Source: a virus. Taken from it: 64,000 bases of DNA. Every line of letters begins with the position of its first letter. The first letter of the stretch is position 1. Under the pieces are notes generated by a model. The model had not been told where the DNA came from. It worked only from the letters and a program-made list of their open reading frames with translations, and ran no database searches. The DNA is taken from the IMG/VR virus record IMGVR_UViG_3300022752_000026, positions 60,942 to 124,941 of that record; one strand, written 5' to 3'. Positions 36,350 through 46,056 of this stretch are shown here, one piece after another. Position numbers and translations under genes: made by a program.

Positions 36350-39300
36350 CTATGCCCAATTTGTAAATCCGCTAAAAGCACTACTTAGACCAGTAGTGGT
36401 ATTATTTGCTCTTACTTGTGTTCTAGCCCAAGAGTTAGCCTGCGCTCCTGTTTGTCCGCCACCAGTAGATGCTCCAAAGAAAAATGTTTGAGTTCTTAGT
36501 GCAGGACCACCACTATTATTGGCAAATTCAACAAAAAATTCAAGGTTAGTTGCGTTTGATGCAGTTGCTGATAGTGTGAAGTTGTTTCCAGAAGCCCAAG
36601 AAATACTAGGACCACTTGTAATTACTGGCGCAGTTGGCGGCGGCGCACTTGCTCTAGTTCCAGTTGCTCCAGCGCTCCAGTTTGATTTTGTTCCAGTAGG
36701 GTTTCCGCTTTGATATGCCTGAACATAGTATGTGCGACTTCCTCCAGCAGAAATAGTCGTATCTAAGAATGAAGTTCCACTACCATTCCACCCACCAGCG
36801 CTACTTGGTCCACCAAAGTCAGGAGCGTTGTCGTATCCAGGAGGACCTCCCCACCAAATACCGTAGTAAGCAGCACCAGACACAGCAGACCAAGAAATAT
36901 TAACTCCATCAGTTCTGGTTGTTGTAGCAGAAACTCCACTAGGAGTTGCAAGTTGATTTCCTTGCGTTGAGTATGTGCTTCCACCAGCATTTATAGATAT
37001 ATAACCTTCATTATTTGCTCCGTATAGTAATAAACTATAAGAAGTATTTGCTGTAAGTCCGCTATAGATTACGGTGCCTCCAGCACCTGAAGCGGCAGGG
37101 CTTGTAATGATTTGGTCTAGATTTCCGTCTTTGTAAGCATAGATTCTCTGAGAGCCGCTTCCTGTATAACTCAGTGTTATAGAGTTTTGTGTTCTTGCAC
37201 TTAGCGCTACGCTCGTTGGAGGACCATACACTGCTCGGTAGATTTGAGGAGAATAAAAATCAACTGTAGAGCCATCTGTTCCAACAACTCTATCTCTAAA
37301 TCTAAACATATTTGCAGATGAACTTGCATAAGTGTTATTCATGGCTACTGATGAAGTTAGACCACCAGCACTTGTCCAATCACTATCTGCACCAGTATAA
37401 TTAATGCTAGTAATAGTCAACATTGAAGAAGTTATGCTTGTTGAGTTGGTATAGCCTCCAGCAGTTCCAGTTAAAAGTGTAGGAACTTCTGCTCTTCTTG
37501 GTGTTCCGAAAGCATCTACGGAGCCACCACTAGTAGTAATTACTGGAGCAAATGATTGGCTTGGCGGCGAGCCAGCAAGTGCTTGACCTTGAACAACGAC
37601 GTTAGTAGCAGTCTCATATCCAGTTCTTGCTTTACTTACTGTAACTGTAGCAAATTGATTAGAGGTAAGCCCTGTCTGAGTCACCAATCCAGTACTGGTA
37701 TTAATAGTTGCAGTTCCAGCAGTTGTTGCTACTCCATATGTAGCAGCAGACTCAAAGGTGCTGTCATCTACGTTTGTAATTTGGAAAGTAAATCCACCAG
37801 CAGTTCTAGTTACAGCACCTGCTTGATGCTGTCTTGCTGGTCTAATTACTGTAAAGGATACGACTCCATCGTCATTTGAGCCAGAAGTTACGCTTCTTGA
37901 TGTCCAACCAGTAGTTCCTTGATTTACTGTAAAGTCGCTGCTGTCTGTTGAAGAAGATAGCCAAGTATTTTGAATTGAACCGTTGACTGTATAAGCAGTG
38001 TTTGCAACGTAATCAGTTAGGCTGTTTTCTATGAACAATACATAAACAGTGCCGCTAAAAGTTAAGTATGCTTGATACTCTAAAATTTTAGATGCATCTA
38101 AATATCTATTTCCTCTGTAACGAATCCAAGTTCCACCGTTATCTACTTTACTGTAGCAATACTGCATAACCAAATCTTGAGCAGCAATATTTAGGAAACC
38201 ACCAGGGGTTGGAATTGGACTAAAGTAGTTATTAGTTGCCATAGTAGCATTGCCAAAGTAGCCATTAGTAGAAACGTAAAAAGTGCTACCAGCACCAATA
38301 CTTGGAGCATTGCTTAAGTATCTTCTAGAACTCGTATCTTGAGGAGACGGAGCAACAGTAACTGTGTTGGTAGTTGCTGTATTAGAATTAAATTGAACTG
38401 TTTGGGTAGTTGGGTAGACAAGATTTACATATCTTCTTGCGTATAGTGATGCTGTAAGAGTTCCAGCAGTTACCTGCGCAGATGTTGATGTTGTGGCAGT
38501 GGCTGTTTCTGGGATACTAAGACCAGTTCCTACTCCACCATAGGTTCCGTAGTAAAAGGTTGCTCCGATAGAGTTTACAGAACTTATAGATACTGTTCTA
38601 TTTCCATTATCTGATAGAACAAATGTTGGTGGGCTTGGCTTTACTGTGCTGTTTGCATCACTCGTTGAGTCAAATCTTTCAGTAAAAGATTGGCCTTTAT
38701 ATGAAGACACAACACTTGCATCAAGAACATCTCCAATATAAGTGCTAGCAAGAGGTATAGAAAAACTCTTTGAAGTAGCACCTGATATTTGTTGAAAAGT
38801 TACAGTTCCACTTCTATACCATTTATAAGTATGAGTCCATCCAGGGTCATCAAAACTTGGACTCCAACCAGTATTTCCAGTAGTAGGACTTGTTCCAGTC
38901 ATAGTTACTGCATATCCTGGCTCAAAGGTTCCAGTGATGTATATAAATCCAGTCGTAGGGCTTTCTAAAGTTAGATTATCTGTTCTTGATGCTTGTCGCG
39001 TTCCAATAACATTACAAGCGCTCCATGATGTTGTTCCATCAGCACCAAATTCATTGAATGGAGGGATTGTTCCAGAGGTAGATACTCCAGTTTGACCAGA
39101 GCCATTGTATGCAGTAACTGAAGAAACAAGAACTGTTTGTCCAGTTGTCCAAGAGCCATTTGCAGCATAGTCGTGTTCAATATCAACAAAATTTACATCT
39201 TCAACATTTATTGTTCTTGTCCAATCAATACTTCCATTAGTTGCAGCAGAGTATGCATTTATAAACACTCTATAACTTACAGCACTTGTTGCTGCTGGTT

Positions 39301-40852
39301 TTGTCCAAGAAATTCTTATGTAATTTTTTCTATTGTTATTTGCTGTAACAGTCTCCGTGTGGTTTCCAGAACTATTAACTGTCCAATAATCTGTTGGGCT
39401 TGTTACGGTAGACGATGCTGTAGTTCCATTTGGTCTTGTGATTTGACTTGTCCAGTTGTTCATAGTTGTTACGTTGAACGAGCCAGTTTTTGCATACGCA
39501 GGGCCAGTAATAGTAGAGGTTCCCCAGGTCCAGTCCCAGCGGTTGAGAGCCGTAGAACTAAGAGTTGGAGCGTTTACACTGAATATAGATGGTCTATATG
39601 TCTCACTGGTAGTTACATTTTGAATCGTTACATTGAAAGCAGCAGGAGCAGCAAGAGTATAAACATTTGAATATCCAGAAGTAACATTCGGGCTTCCAGT
39701 CTGAGCAGCAACTACATAGAACCTATAGTTACCAGCAACATTCTGAGAACTAGAAAATGTTAGAGTTGTTGTATTTCCAGATGCAACTTGAGTATATGCG
39801 CCGCCTCCAGTGCTTCTTTCTAGATACCAAGTGTATGTAATGGTTGTGTCGTTTCCTCCACTAGCAGCGTCCCAAGTTCCAGTAAGGCTTAGCGCCGAGT
39901 ATTGAAGAACTAGGTTTATAGGTGCAGTTAGTGTTCCATCAGAAACATCTCTAGTAGCAACAGTTATATCGCCAGTTCCAGCACCATTTGTATTGATTGC
40001 TCTTAGATTACATACAACAGGTCCATTTAAGTCTGAACTTACAACTGTATATGAACGACCATTTATAGGGTTTCTTGGGTTAGTTGGGTCAGAAAGAATA
40101 GAGTTTCGGGTGTATGAACCAGAGTTTGAGTCAAAGTTGAACCAGTAATAGTCAGGTCTAGTGTCGTTAGTTAAAGTAGTGGTTGCTTGAAAACTTGGTT
40201 CCCAATAAATTGTGTCGCCAACGAACGGTTGTTTGTCTGTAGCCGGATTTCCAGTAATTGTGTATACAGTTCCAGTAGACGCTCTTCTTAGCCTTAGCAA
40301 TGTTCCAGAGTTTACGGCTTGACGTTTTTGAATTCTTACGTTATTTGTAAATTGAGTTTCACCAGATTTGATTACTCTTGCTCTGATATACGCTTGTTTT
40401 GCTGTTTGAAGGCGATATGTGTCTACATCATCTAAAATTCCAGTGTTATTTCCGCTATAAGCAAGACTCTCCAAAGCCGTAACATAAGAAGAATCAGTAG
40501 TAAAAGATGCTGTCTGAGTAGCACCTGTTATGGTTCCAGAACTTCCAGCAATGCTTTCATTTGTCCAACTTGATGTTCCTCCCAACGCATACTGAAATTG
40601 ATATGTATATGTTCCAGTTGCTATTGACCCTTTATATAATTCAATAGCAAGACCAGCGCTTCTTGAATTTGCCTGAGTTGTATTTCCAGGAAGCCTTAGA
40701 ATTGGAGTAAAAGTTCCAGTTGTAAATATTTGAACCCAGGATGTTCCTGTATAAGCCCAACCGGAGTTGATTGTTCTCCAAGAACCACCATCATAATAGT
40801 ACGCGGTATTGAGGGTTCTCCAAGAACCTCCGTCGTAATAGTATGCTGGCAT
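36350..40852 (-). CDS. Large minor tail / fibre protein with FN3/Ig-like domains (1500 aa)
   Basis: N-terminal (AYYYDGGSWRT)x2, Ser/Thr-rich beta domains with FN3-like patterns (VNISWSAVSGA.YY, GLTANTSY); last gene of tail block. Confidence 0.75.
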   Translation of the reverse strand: MPAYYYDGGSWRTLNTAYYYDGGSWRTINSGWAYTGTSWVQIFTTGTFTPILRLPGNTTQANSRSAGLAIELYKGSIATGTYTYQFQYALGGTSSWTNESIAGSSGTITGATQTASFTTDSSYVTALESLAYSGNNTGILDDVDTYRLQTAKQAYIRARVIKSGETQFTNNVRIQKRQAVNSGTLLRLRRASTGTVYTITGNPATDKQPFVGDTIYWEPSFQATTTLTNDTRPDYYWFNFDSNSGSYTRNSILSDPTNPRNPINGRSYTVVSSDLNGPVVCNLRAINTNGAGTGDITVATRDVSDGTLTAPINLVLQYSALSLTGTWDAASGGNDTTITYTWYLERSTGGGAYTQVASGNTTTLTFSSSQNVAGNYRFYVVAAQTGSPNVTSGYSNVYTLAAPAAFNVTIQNVTTSETYRPSIFSVNAPTLSSTALNRWDWTWGTSTITGPAYAKTGSFNVTTMNNWTSQITRPNGTTASSTVTSPTDYWTVNSSGNHTETVTANNNRKNYIRISWTKPAATSAVSYRVFINAYSAATNGSIDWTRTINVEDVNFVDIEHDYAANGSWTTGQTVLVSSVTAYNGSGQTGVSTSGTIPPFNEFGADGTTSWSACNVIGTRQASRTDNLTLESPTTGFIYITGTFEPGYAVTMTGTSPTTGNTGWSPSFDDPGWTHTYKWYRSGTVTFQQISGATSKSFSIPLASTYIGDVLDASVVSSYKGQSFTERFDSTSDANSTVKPSPPTFVLSDNGNRTVSISSVNSIGATFYYGTYGGVGTGLSIPETATATTSTSAQVTAGTLTASLYARRYVNLVYPTTQTVQFNSNTATTNTVTVAPSPQDTSSRRYLSNAPSIGAGSTFYVSTNGYFGNATMATNNYFSPIPTPGGFLNIAAQDLVMQYCYSKVDNGGTWIRYRGNRYLDASKILEYQAYLTFSGTVYVLFIENSLTDYVANTAYTVNGSIQNTWLSSSTDSSDFTVNQGTTGWTSRSVTSGSNDDGVVSFTVIRPARQHQAGAVTRTAGGFTFQITNVDDSTFESAATYGVATTAGTATINTSTGLVTQTGLTSNQFATVTVSKARTGYETATNVVVQGQALAGSPPSQSFAPVITTSGGSVDAFGTPRRAEVPTLLTGTAGGYTNSTSITSSMLTITSINYTGADSDWTSAGGLTSSVAMNNTYASSSANMFRFRDRVVGTDGSTVDFYSPQIYRAVYGPPTSVALSARTQNSITLSYTGSGSQRIYAYKDGNLDQIITSPAASGAGGTVIYSGLTANTSYSLLLYGANNEGYISINAGGSTYSTQGNQLATPSGVSATTTRTDGVNISWSAVSGAAYYGIWWGGPPGYDNAPDFGGPSSAGGWNGSGTSFLDTTISAGGSRTYYVQAYQSGNPTGTKSNWSAGATGTRASAPPPTAPVITSGPSISWASGNNFTLSATASNATNLEFFVEFANNSGGPALRTQTFFFGASTGGGQTGAQANSWARTQVRANNTTTGLSSAFSGFTNWA

Positions 40853-40888
40853 AGTAATCTGTCTCTTTTTCTTTTTATATAACTATTC

Positions 40889-42241
40889 TTATGTATACTT
40901 AAAAATTATATGTCCAGTGGCTACTGCTTCTGCGTTTGTCGGTGCTCCAGTTCCTTGCTGAACACTATCACTAATTACAACAAGAGAGCCATATAAATTT
41001 AGTTTATCAGCAAGAAAATCAAGATTACCTGTTTCTCTAAATTCAATATAATCTGGAGCACCGCCTCCATTAGTCCACGACTCTAATTTTATTCCAGAGT
41101 TTCCAGCAACAACTCTAAACTCTCCGGTTGCAGATGTAGAGCCTCCAGTAGAAATTAACATTCCACCAGTATCATCGGCATTAGCAGTGCTGGCGCTGTA
41201 CATGTTAATAGAAGGATAAGAACCTGCTATTCCCATATAGATTGATGCTGCTCCATTTGCATTTTGTAAATTTATGTAAGGACTATTGTAATAGTTATCT
41301 CCTCCAGTCAAAACAACTCCAGTTTGAAAAGTACCAAAATCAAAAGGACCTAGTCTTCCAACAGTAGCACCACTTTCATCATAAAACTTGACCTCATCTA
41401 CATCTGAAAGTTCTACACGGTTCCCATTAGGTGATGTTCTGATAGTTCCACCAGTAATTGTTGGACCAATAATTTCAATAGTGGCGTTAATGGTTCCAGC
41501 ACCGATTCTACTTGCAGACAAACTTCCAGAAGTAATATTTGTTGCATTGAGTTGTGTGGTTGTTAGTCTTTCAGAGGCAATATTTCCAGCAGTAATATTT
41601 CCAGCATTGATATTAGATACAGTAATGACATTTGCGTCAATAGTTCCAGCAGTAAGTTTACTTGCTGATAAAGAAGCAATGGCGTTATTTCCTAGTTGAA
41701 CCGCTGTTGACCAAGAGCCTCCTGTATAGCGATAAATTTTATTATCGTCATCTGTGTCAAACCACAAATCACCTTCGGCAAAAGGGCCAGTCGTAGGTTG
41801 ACTTGTTTGACGATAAACTTTATTTTTTCCATTGGCAGTTGTTTGTGCTGCCGCAGCGTTTGCTGCTGCTAAGGCTGCCGCATCCGCTGCCGCATCCGCT
41901 GAGGCATTGGCTACTGGGTCAGCAACATCATAGTAACTTTCTGATGTTTGTGAGTAAATCTGAGACCCACCAGTGTCAGCATCTACAACTAAAAATCCTT
42001 CTTTAGGATTTTCAATTGAAGATATAACAAATGCAGGGTCTTGTCCTGGCGGAACAACTACTGATGTGCCAAATTCTGCCTCGTCTGCTGATACAGAGTT
42101 AGGAGCAATAGCAGCACGAGTAACAACTCTACTTGATAGTTTTGTGCGGATAGGGCGACGCTCTAGGAAACGCAAACGACGCTGAACGTCAGCAAGGTTG
42201 TTACCAAGATTTTTATTGCGAGAACGGCGTCTGCTAGGCAT
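40889..42241 (-). CDS. Minor tail protein (central fibre/spike-like)
   Basis: N-terminal coiled coil, GKNKVY...GDLWFDTDD, (I/L)TAG.I repeats; follows baseplate hub. Confidence 0.7.
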   Translation of the reverse strand: MPSRRRSRNKNLGNNLADVQRRLRFLERRPIRTKLSSRVVTRAAIAPNSVSADEAEFGTSVVVPPGQDPAFVISSIENPKEGFLVVDADTGGSQIYSQTSESYYDVADPVANASADAAADAAALAAANAAAAQTTANGKNKVYRQTSQPTTGPFAEGDLWFDTDDDNKIYRYTGGSWSTAVQLGNNAIASLSASKLTAGTIDANVITVSNINAGNITAGNIASERLTTTQLNATNITSGSLSASRIGAGTINATIEIIGPTITGGTIRTSPNGNRVELSDVDEVKFYDESGATVGRLGPFDFGTFQTGVVLTGGDNYYNSPYINLQNANGAASIYMGIAGSYPSINMYSASTANADDTGGMLISTGGSTSATGEFRVVAGNSGIKLESWTNGGGAPDYIEFRETGNLDFLADKLNLYGSLVVISDSVQQGTGAPTNAEAVATGHIIFKYT

Positions 42242-44873
42242 TTCTTCTATCCTCTCTCCACTCAGATATTAATTCTAAATCAACTTTTTCAGGGAATGCT
42301 GGGCTATCTGGGACAGAAACTTTATAGCCAACAATCTTTCTAACAATAACATTTGTTCGTGGCTCTAAGTCTGATGCTAGACGAGAGCGAACAAAGTCAT
42401 CATCTATAATGATTGTGCACCAATCTCCTGGAAGATAGTCACCCACTTGAGGGTCAATAGAGCCATTTACAGAAAGATTGAATGTTCCCTCTGGTGGTCT
42501 TGCTTCTCCTAAGAAATCTTCGGCATATTTGTATAAAGCAGACTCACCAATAGCAGCAGTGCTTTGGTCATTCTTCTCTTCAACTTGGTCAAGAAGAGGC
42601 CATCCTTGATTGAGTAAGTCTGTAGCAGAAGCAGCAGCATATGGCTGAGAAGCATTACCATCTAATCCATCACCATTGCCTGAGACCCACATACGGGTGG
42701 CAGCATTCTCAGCGCTCTCGCTAAGAGAGAAGTCGGTGATGTTCCCAGGATACTCAAATACGACAGCATCAGCACCAAGAACACTTACTGGATGAACAAG
42801 ACCAATATATCCAGCGCAAGCAGTAGATGGAACATTATTGAAACCATAACTGTAATATGTAAATGTTGTAGGGGTAGGAGTGCTTACTACTTCAACTTCA
42901 CCATCAAAAGAAACACCAACATTGTCAACTACAACAATTCTTCCAGTTGTAAGACCATGAGCAGTGGCTGTAGTCAGAGTGGCTAAGTTGTTTGTAAGTT
43001 GCTTGTTATTTACTACTACAGGAGTAGGCGGAGCGATATACGGAACAAAGGTAAATGTTTTATAGAAGTTTCCACCAATAAAATCGCAGTCAATTCTGTA
43101 TTCAAATCCATTGAGGTCCTTTGAGAACTCTTCTAGAATTTCTCCGAACATTCTAAGGTCAGAGCCTCTAAATACTTGTTGGTCATCTCCAATGACATTT
43201 GTTGTTGTGCTATTGTCTATTTGAAGACCAAAATCTGAGTTGGCTGTATAGGCTCCATATGTTGAGGCTACTGCCCTTGCTCCACTTTTTACAGTTCCTC
43301 CATAGACTGCTTCTGTCGCCTGATTGAGAGTTGCAAACACGTTATATTTGAAAGTGACACTGTTAATAACACTTGCTACAGTCTGAGAGCCGTCATAGTC
43401 AGTTCCGACATTTTCAACAACAATACTTTTTCCAGCAGTTAGCCCATGAGCAGTTGATGTAGCCAATACACAACTCTTATATGAGGCTTTTCCTCCAGGT
43501 GTCGCTGTGCTTACAACGTCCTGGGTATCTACTACATAACTAAATTGAGTTGATGATGGAACAGCACTAACCTGATATGTTCCGTTAAGAGTTGAGTCCT
43601 GAGTAAATGAGATAGTTCCGCTAACAGGACCTGATGTTGCTTTGTCTAAAGTTATTGTTGTTCCACTAATAGAACGAATAGATGTTCCAGCAGAAATTCC
43701 AGTCCCAACAACTAACTGACCTGGCTTCAAATTACTTGCGCTGTTAACTGTAATAGTTGAAGAGGCAGCGGCCCCAGTTCCAGATGTCGTATATGTCACG
43801 CTATTGCTAATACTTGCAATGCTTACATAATCCCCAACAGCAAGACCATGACTAGAAGAGGTTGTTAGAGTAGCAACGTTATTAGATACTTGTTTTGTAG
43901 TTACAGTGAGTTCTGTAGTGTCAATGCCTCTAGAAATTACATTTACTGTTGAAAGACCAGACAGTGCTGAGGATACAGAATATGTTCCACCAACTACAAC
44001 AGAAATGCTAGTTGATGTAGGTATAGTATCAATTACTTGAAACCCATTTACTCCCGCATCAACATCAACAATCTCTATCTCTTGTCCTTCTATAAAATCG
44101 TGAACATTGGCTGTAGTAAGAGTAAATCTGCTTTCTCCGCCACCAATTGATGCTGCTTGCTTATTTGTAATTGAATACTCAATTTCATTGGCTGGCCTAA
44201 TATCATCATTTACAAATCCTTGACCGCCAAAGTCTTGTAGAACCCAGCCGAGAATTTGACGAGTTGTTTCATAAGCATCAAGAACAACTCTTGCTACCCC
44301 CGTGCTTGATGGGCTAAGAGCAAGGGTTACACCAGAAACGGCAAAACTAAAACTTGCTGTAGTAACTGCTGTAATAACTTTATCGCCATTAAGGGCAGCA
44401 TTGAGGTTTCTTATTCTTACTACTTCACCCTGCTCAAAACCATGAGGAACATCTGTATAAACAGTGGCTACTGAGCCATTTGCAGAATATTTAGAACAAA
44501 ATACATTTTCTGTTCCATAATACAGAGTCTGCCATACGGCACGGTGATATAGATAACTTACAAACTCTGAAGCATCAACAGTTAGAGATTTGTTTCCAGG
44601 AGAATACTGTCTTGACCAGATTATTCCCCCCCATACGCAAGTTTCGTTTCTGAGAACAAACACTGCTGTTTTTCCTGGCATAGTGCTCTCATACAGGTCT
44701 AATGCTTCAGTTGCCGCAATAACTGGAATCTTTCCAGAGAAAGAGCCAGCCTTGCTTAGAGCACGCTCATAGGAAACATCCGTAAACGGAACTTCGGAGA
44801 TAGTTTGATTGGTCAACAAATCAACCAAGAAGTATCTATACTCCGCTGGAGTTATTTCGCTACTTAATACCAT
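42234..44873 (-). CDS. Minor tail / baseplate hub (Tal-like) with multiple inserted beta-barrel modules
   Basis: Y...DLLT...E.P...SY...L..AG.F, VWGGIIWSR, FEYPGNI, Y.PGDW; position after Dit. Confidence 0.8.
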   Translation of the reverse strand: MVLSSEITPAEYRYFLVDLLTNQTISEVPFTDVSYERALSKAGSFSGKIPVIAATEALDLYESTMPGKTAVFVLRNETCVWGGIIWSRQYSPGNKSLTVDASEFVSYLYHRAVWQTLYYGTENVFCSKYSANGSVATVYTDVPHGFEQGEVVRIRNLNAALNGDKVITAVTTASFSFAVSGVTLALSPSSTGVARVVLDAYETTRQILGWVLQDFGGQGFVNDDIRPANEIEYSITNKQAASIGGGESRFTLTTANVHDFIEGQEIEIVDVDAGVNGFQVIDTIPTSTSISVVVGGTYSVSSALSGLSTVNVISRGIDTTELTVTTKQVSNNVATLTTSSSHGLAVGDYVSIASISNSVTYTTSGTGAAASSTITVNSASNLKPGQLVVGTGISAGTSIRSISGTTITLDKATSGPVSGTISFTQDSTLNGTYQVSAVPSSTQFSYVVDTQDVVSTATPGGKASYKSCVLATSTAHGLTAGKSIVVENVGTDYDGSQTVASVINSVTFKYNVFATLNQATEAVYGGTVKSGARAVASTYGAYTANSDFGLQIDNSTTTNVIGDDQQVFRGSDLRMFGEILEEFSKDLNGFEYRIDCDFIGGNFYKTFTFVPYIAPPTPVVVNNKQLTNNLATLTTATAHGLTTGRIVVVDNVGVSFDGEVEVVSTPTPTTFTYYSYGFNNVPSTACAGYIGLVHPVSVLGADAVVFEYPGNITDFSLSESAENAATRMWVSGNGDGLDGNASQPYAAASATDLLNQGWPLLDQVEEKNDQSTAAIGESALYKYAEDFLGEARPPEGTFNLSVNGSIDPQVGDYLPGDWCTIIIDDDFVRSRLASDLEPRTNVIVRKIVGYKVSVPDSPAFPEKVDLELISEWREDRRNA

Positions 44874-44895
44874 TTCGTCTCTCTTTGTCCTTTTA

Positions 44896-46056
44896 TTATG
44901 CTAGCCAAGCAGACCGATAATCTACCGTCAATTTCGCAGCGGAAGCAGATGGTGCTCCGTCATCTCTAAAGTTAATAACATTGTTTCCTGGAGACAGGGA
45001 TACCCATTCGTTATATACATCTAACTTTGTTCTTGCACCAGAGTATTGACCGTTGAGATATACCTGTCTGTTGTAGGTGTCAATCTCAAGGACATCTGGT
45101 CCGTAAGATAGAGTTCCAGAGACTCCACTGTTTGCTTGGTTACTTCCAAATGCTTCAATCCTAAAAGATGTTGAAGTTGATTGGGTTCCCACAACCTCAA
45201 GAATAAGTTTTTCTGTTCCATCATAGGGAGCGCCAAGACCAGATATTGTTACCAAGTCTCCAACAAAGAGCCCATGAGCAGTTGAAGTTGTTATTGTGGC
45301 AATATTGTCAGTAAGGCTTCTTTGTGTAATATTTTTAGATGTTTGCGCTCTAAGAGTTCCACTGATTGTTATGGTCTCAGAGTTAGTTACATTGTCAATA
45401 TAAGCAGGGCCAACAATGGGACCTTGAATTGTAAGAGTCGGCTGAGTTTTATAGTTTCCAGAGTTGTTGATACTTCCGCTACCAGTTCTTGCTGGAGTTA
45501 CGCTCTTACAAAGAATTTCTGTGCTTCTAAATCCTTCAGCGTTTAAGTCATACCACTCATACTTGAGAGGGTCAGCAGCACGAAGACCAATAGAAAACTC
45601 TGTTCTTCCACGAGCATTGACTGTTTGAATTTCTGGGTCTCCGCTAAGGCGAACATAGGCTGCTTTAACGGGACTTTCCGATGTCTTGAGCCACCCACCA
45701 GAATAGACAAGGTTTATTGCCTCTATAAGACGATTTCTAGCAGCAGCAACTAAAGATGGGTCTGGAGTAAGAAATACCCCTTCTAAAGTTATATTTCTAG
45801 CCGCAAAACGGCCTTTCACGTCATATGAACCGTCTCCCCAACCTCGTGACAGTTCAGGTATTTCTGGAGTTGGAATTGTCCACCAACCCTGAATATCTGT
45901 GCACACCCAAACAACTCCATATTCGTCAATGCGATTGAGAACAAAGTCGTTGATTGATACATCTTCCTGAAGTTTCATTCCAGTCAGATGCGGCTGTGGA
46001 AGTGGAGTTAATCCTCTATCTACATAATAATTTTCTTGGCCTTGGTTTAGTGGCAT
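44896..46056 (-). CDS. Distal tail protein (Dit-like)
   Basis: GWW...G....R.ITLEG, A.DP.KY, N.GN, L.PG.N.I, YRSAW; directly after tape measure. Confidence 0.8.
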   Translation of the reverse strand: MPLNQGQENYYVDRGLTPLPQPHLTGMKLQEDVSINDFVLNRIDEYGVVWVCTDIQGWWTIPTPEIPELSRGWGDGSYDVKGRFAARNITLEGVFLTPDPSLVAAARNRLIEAINLVYSGGWLKTSESPVKAAYVRLSGDPEIQTVNARGRTEFSIGLRAADPLKYEWYDLNAEGFRSTEILCKSVTPARTGSGSINNSGNYKTQPTLTIQGPIVGPAYIDNVTNSETITISGTLRAQTSKNITQRSLTDNIATITTSTAHGLFVGDLVTISGLGAPYDGTEKLILEVVGTQSTSTSFRIEAFGSNQANSGVSGTLSYGPDVLEIDTYNRQVYLNGQYSGARTKLDVYNEWVSLSPGNNVINFRDDGAPSASAAKLTVDYRSAWLA

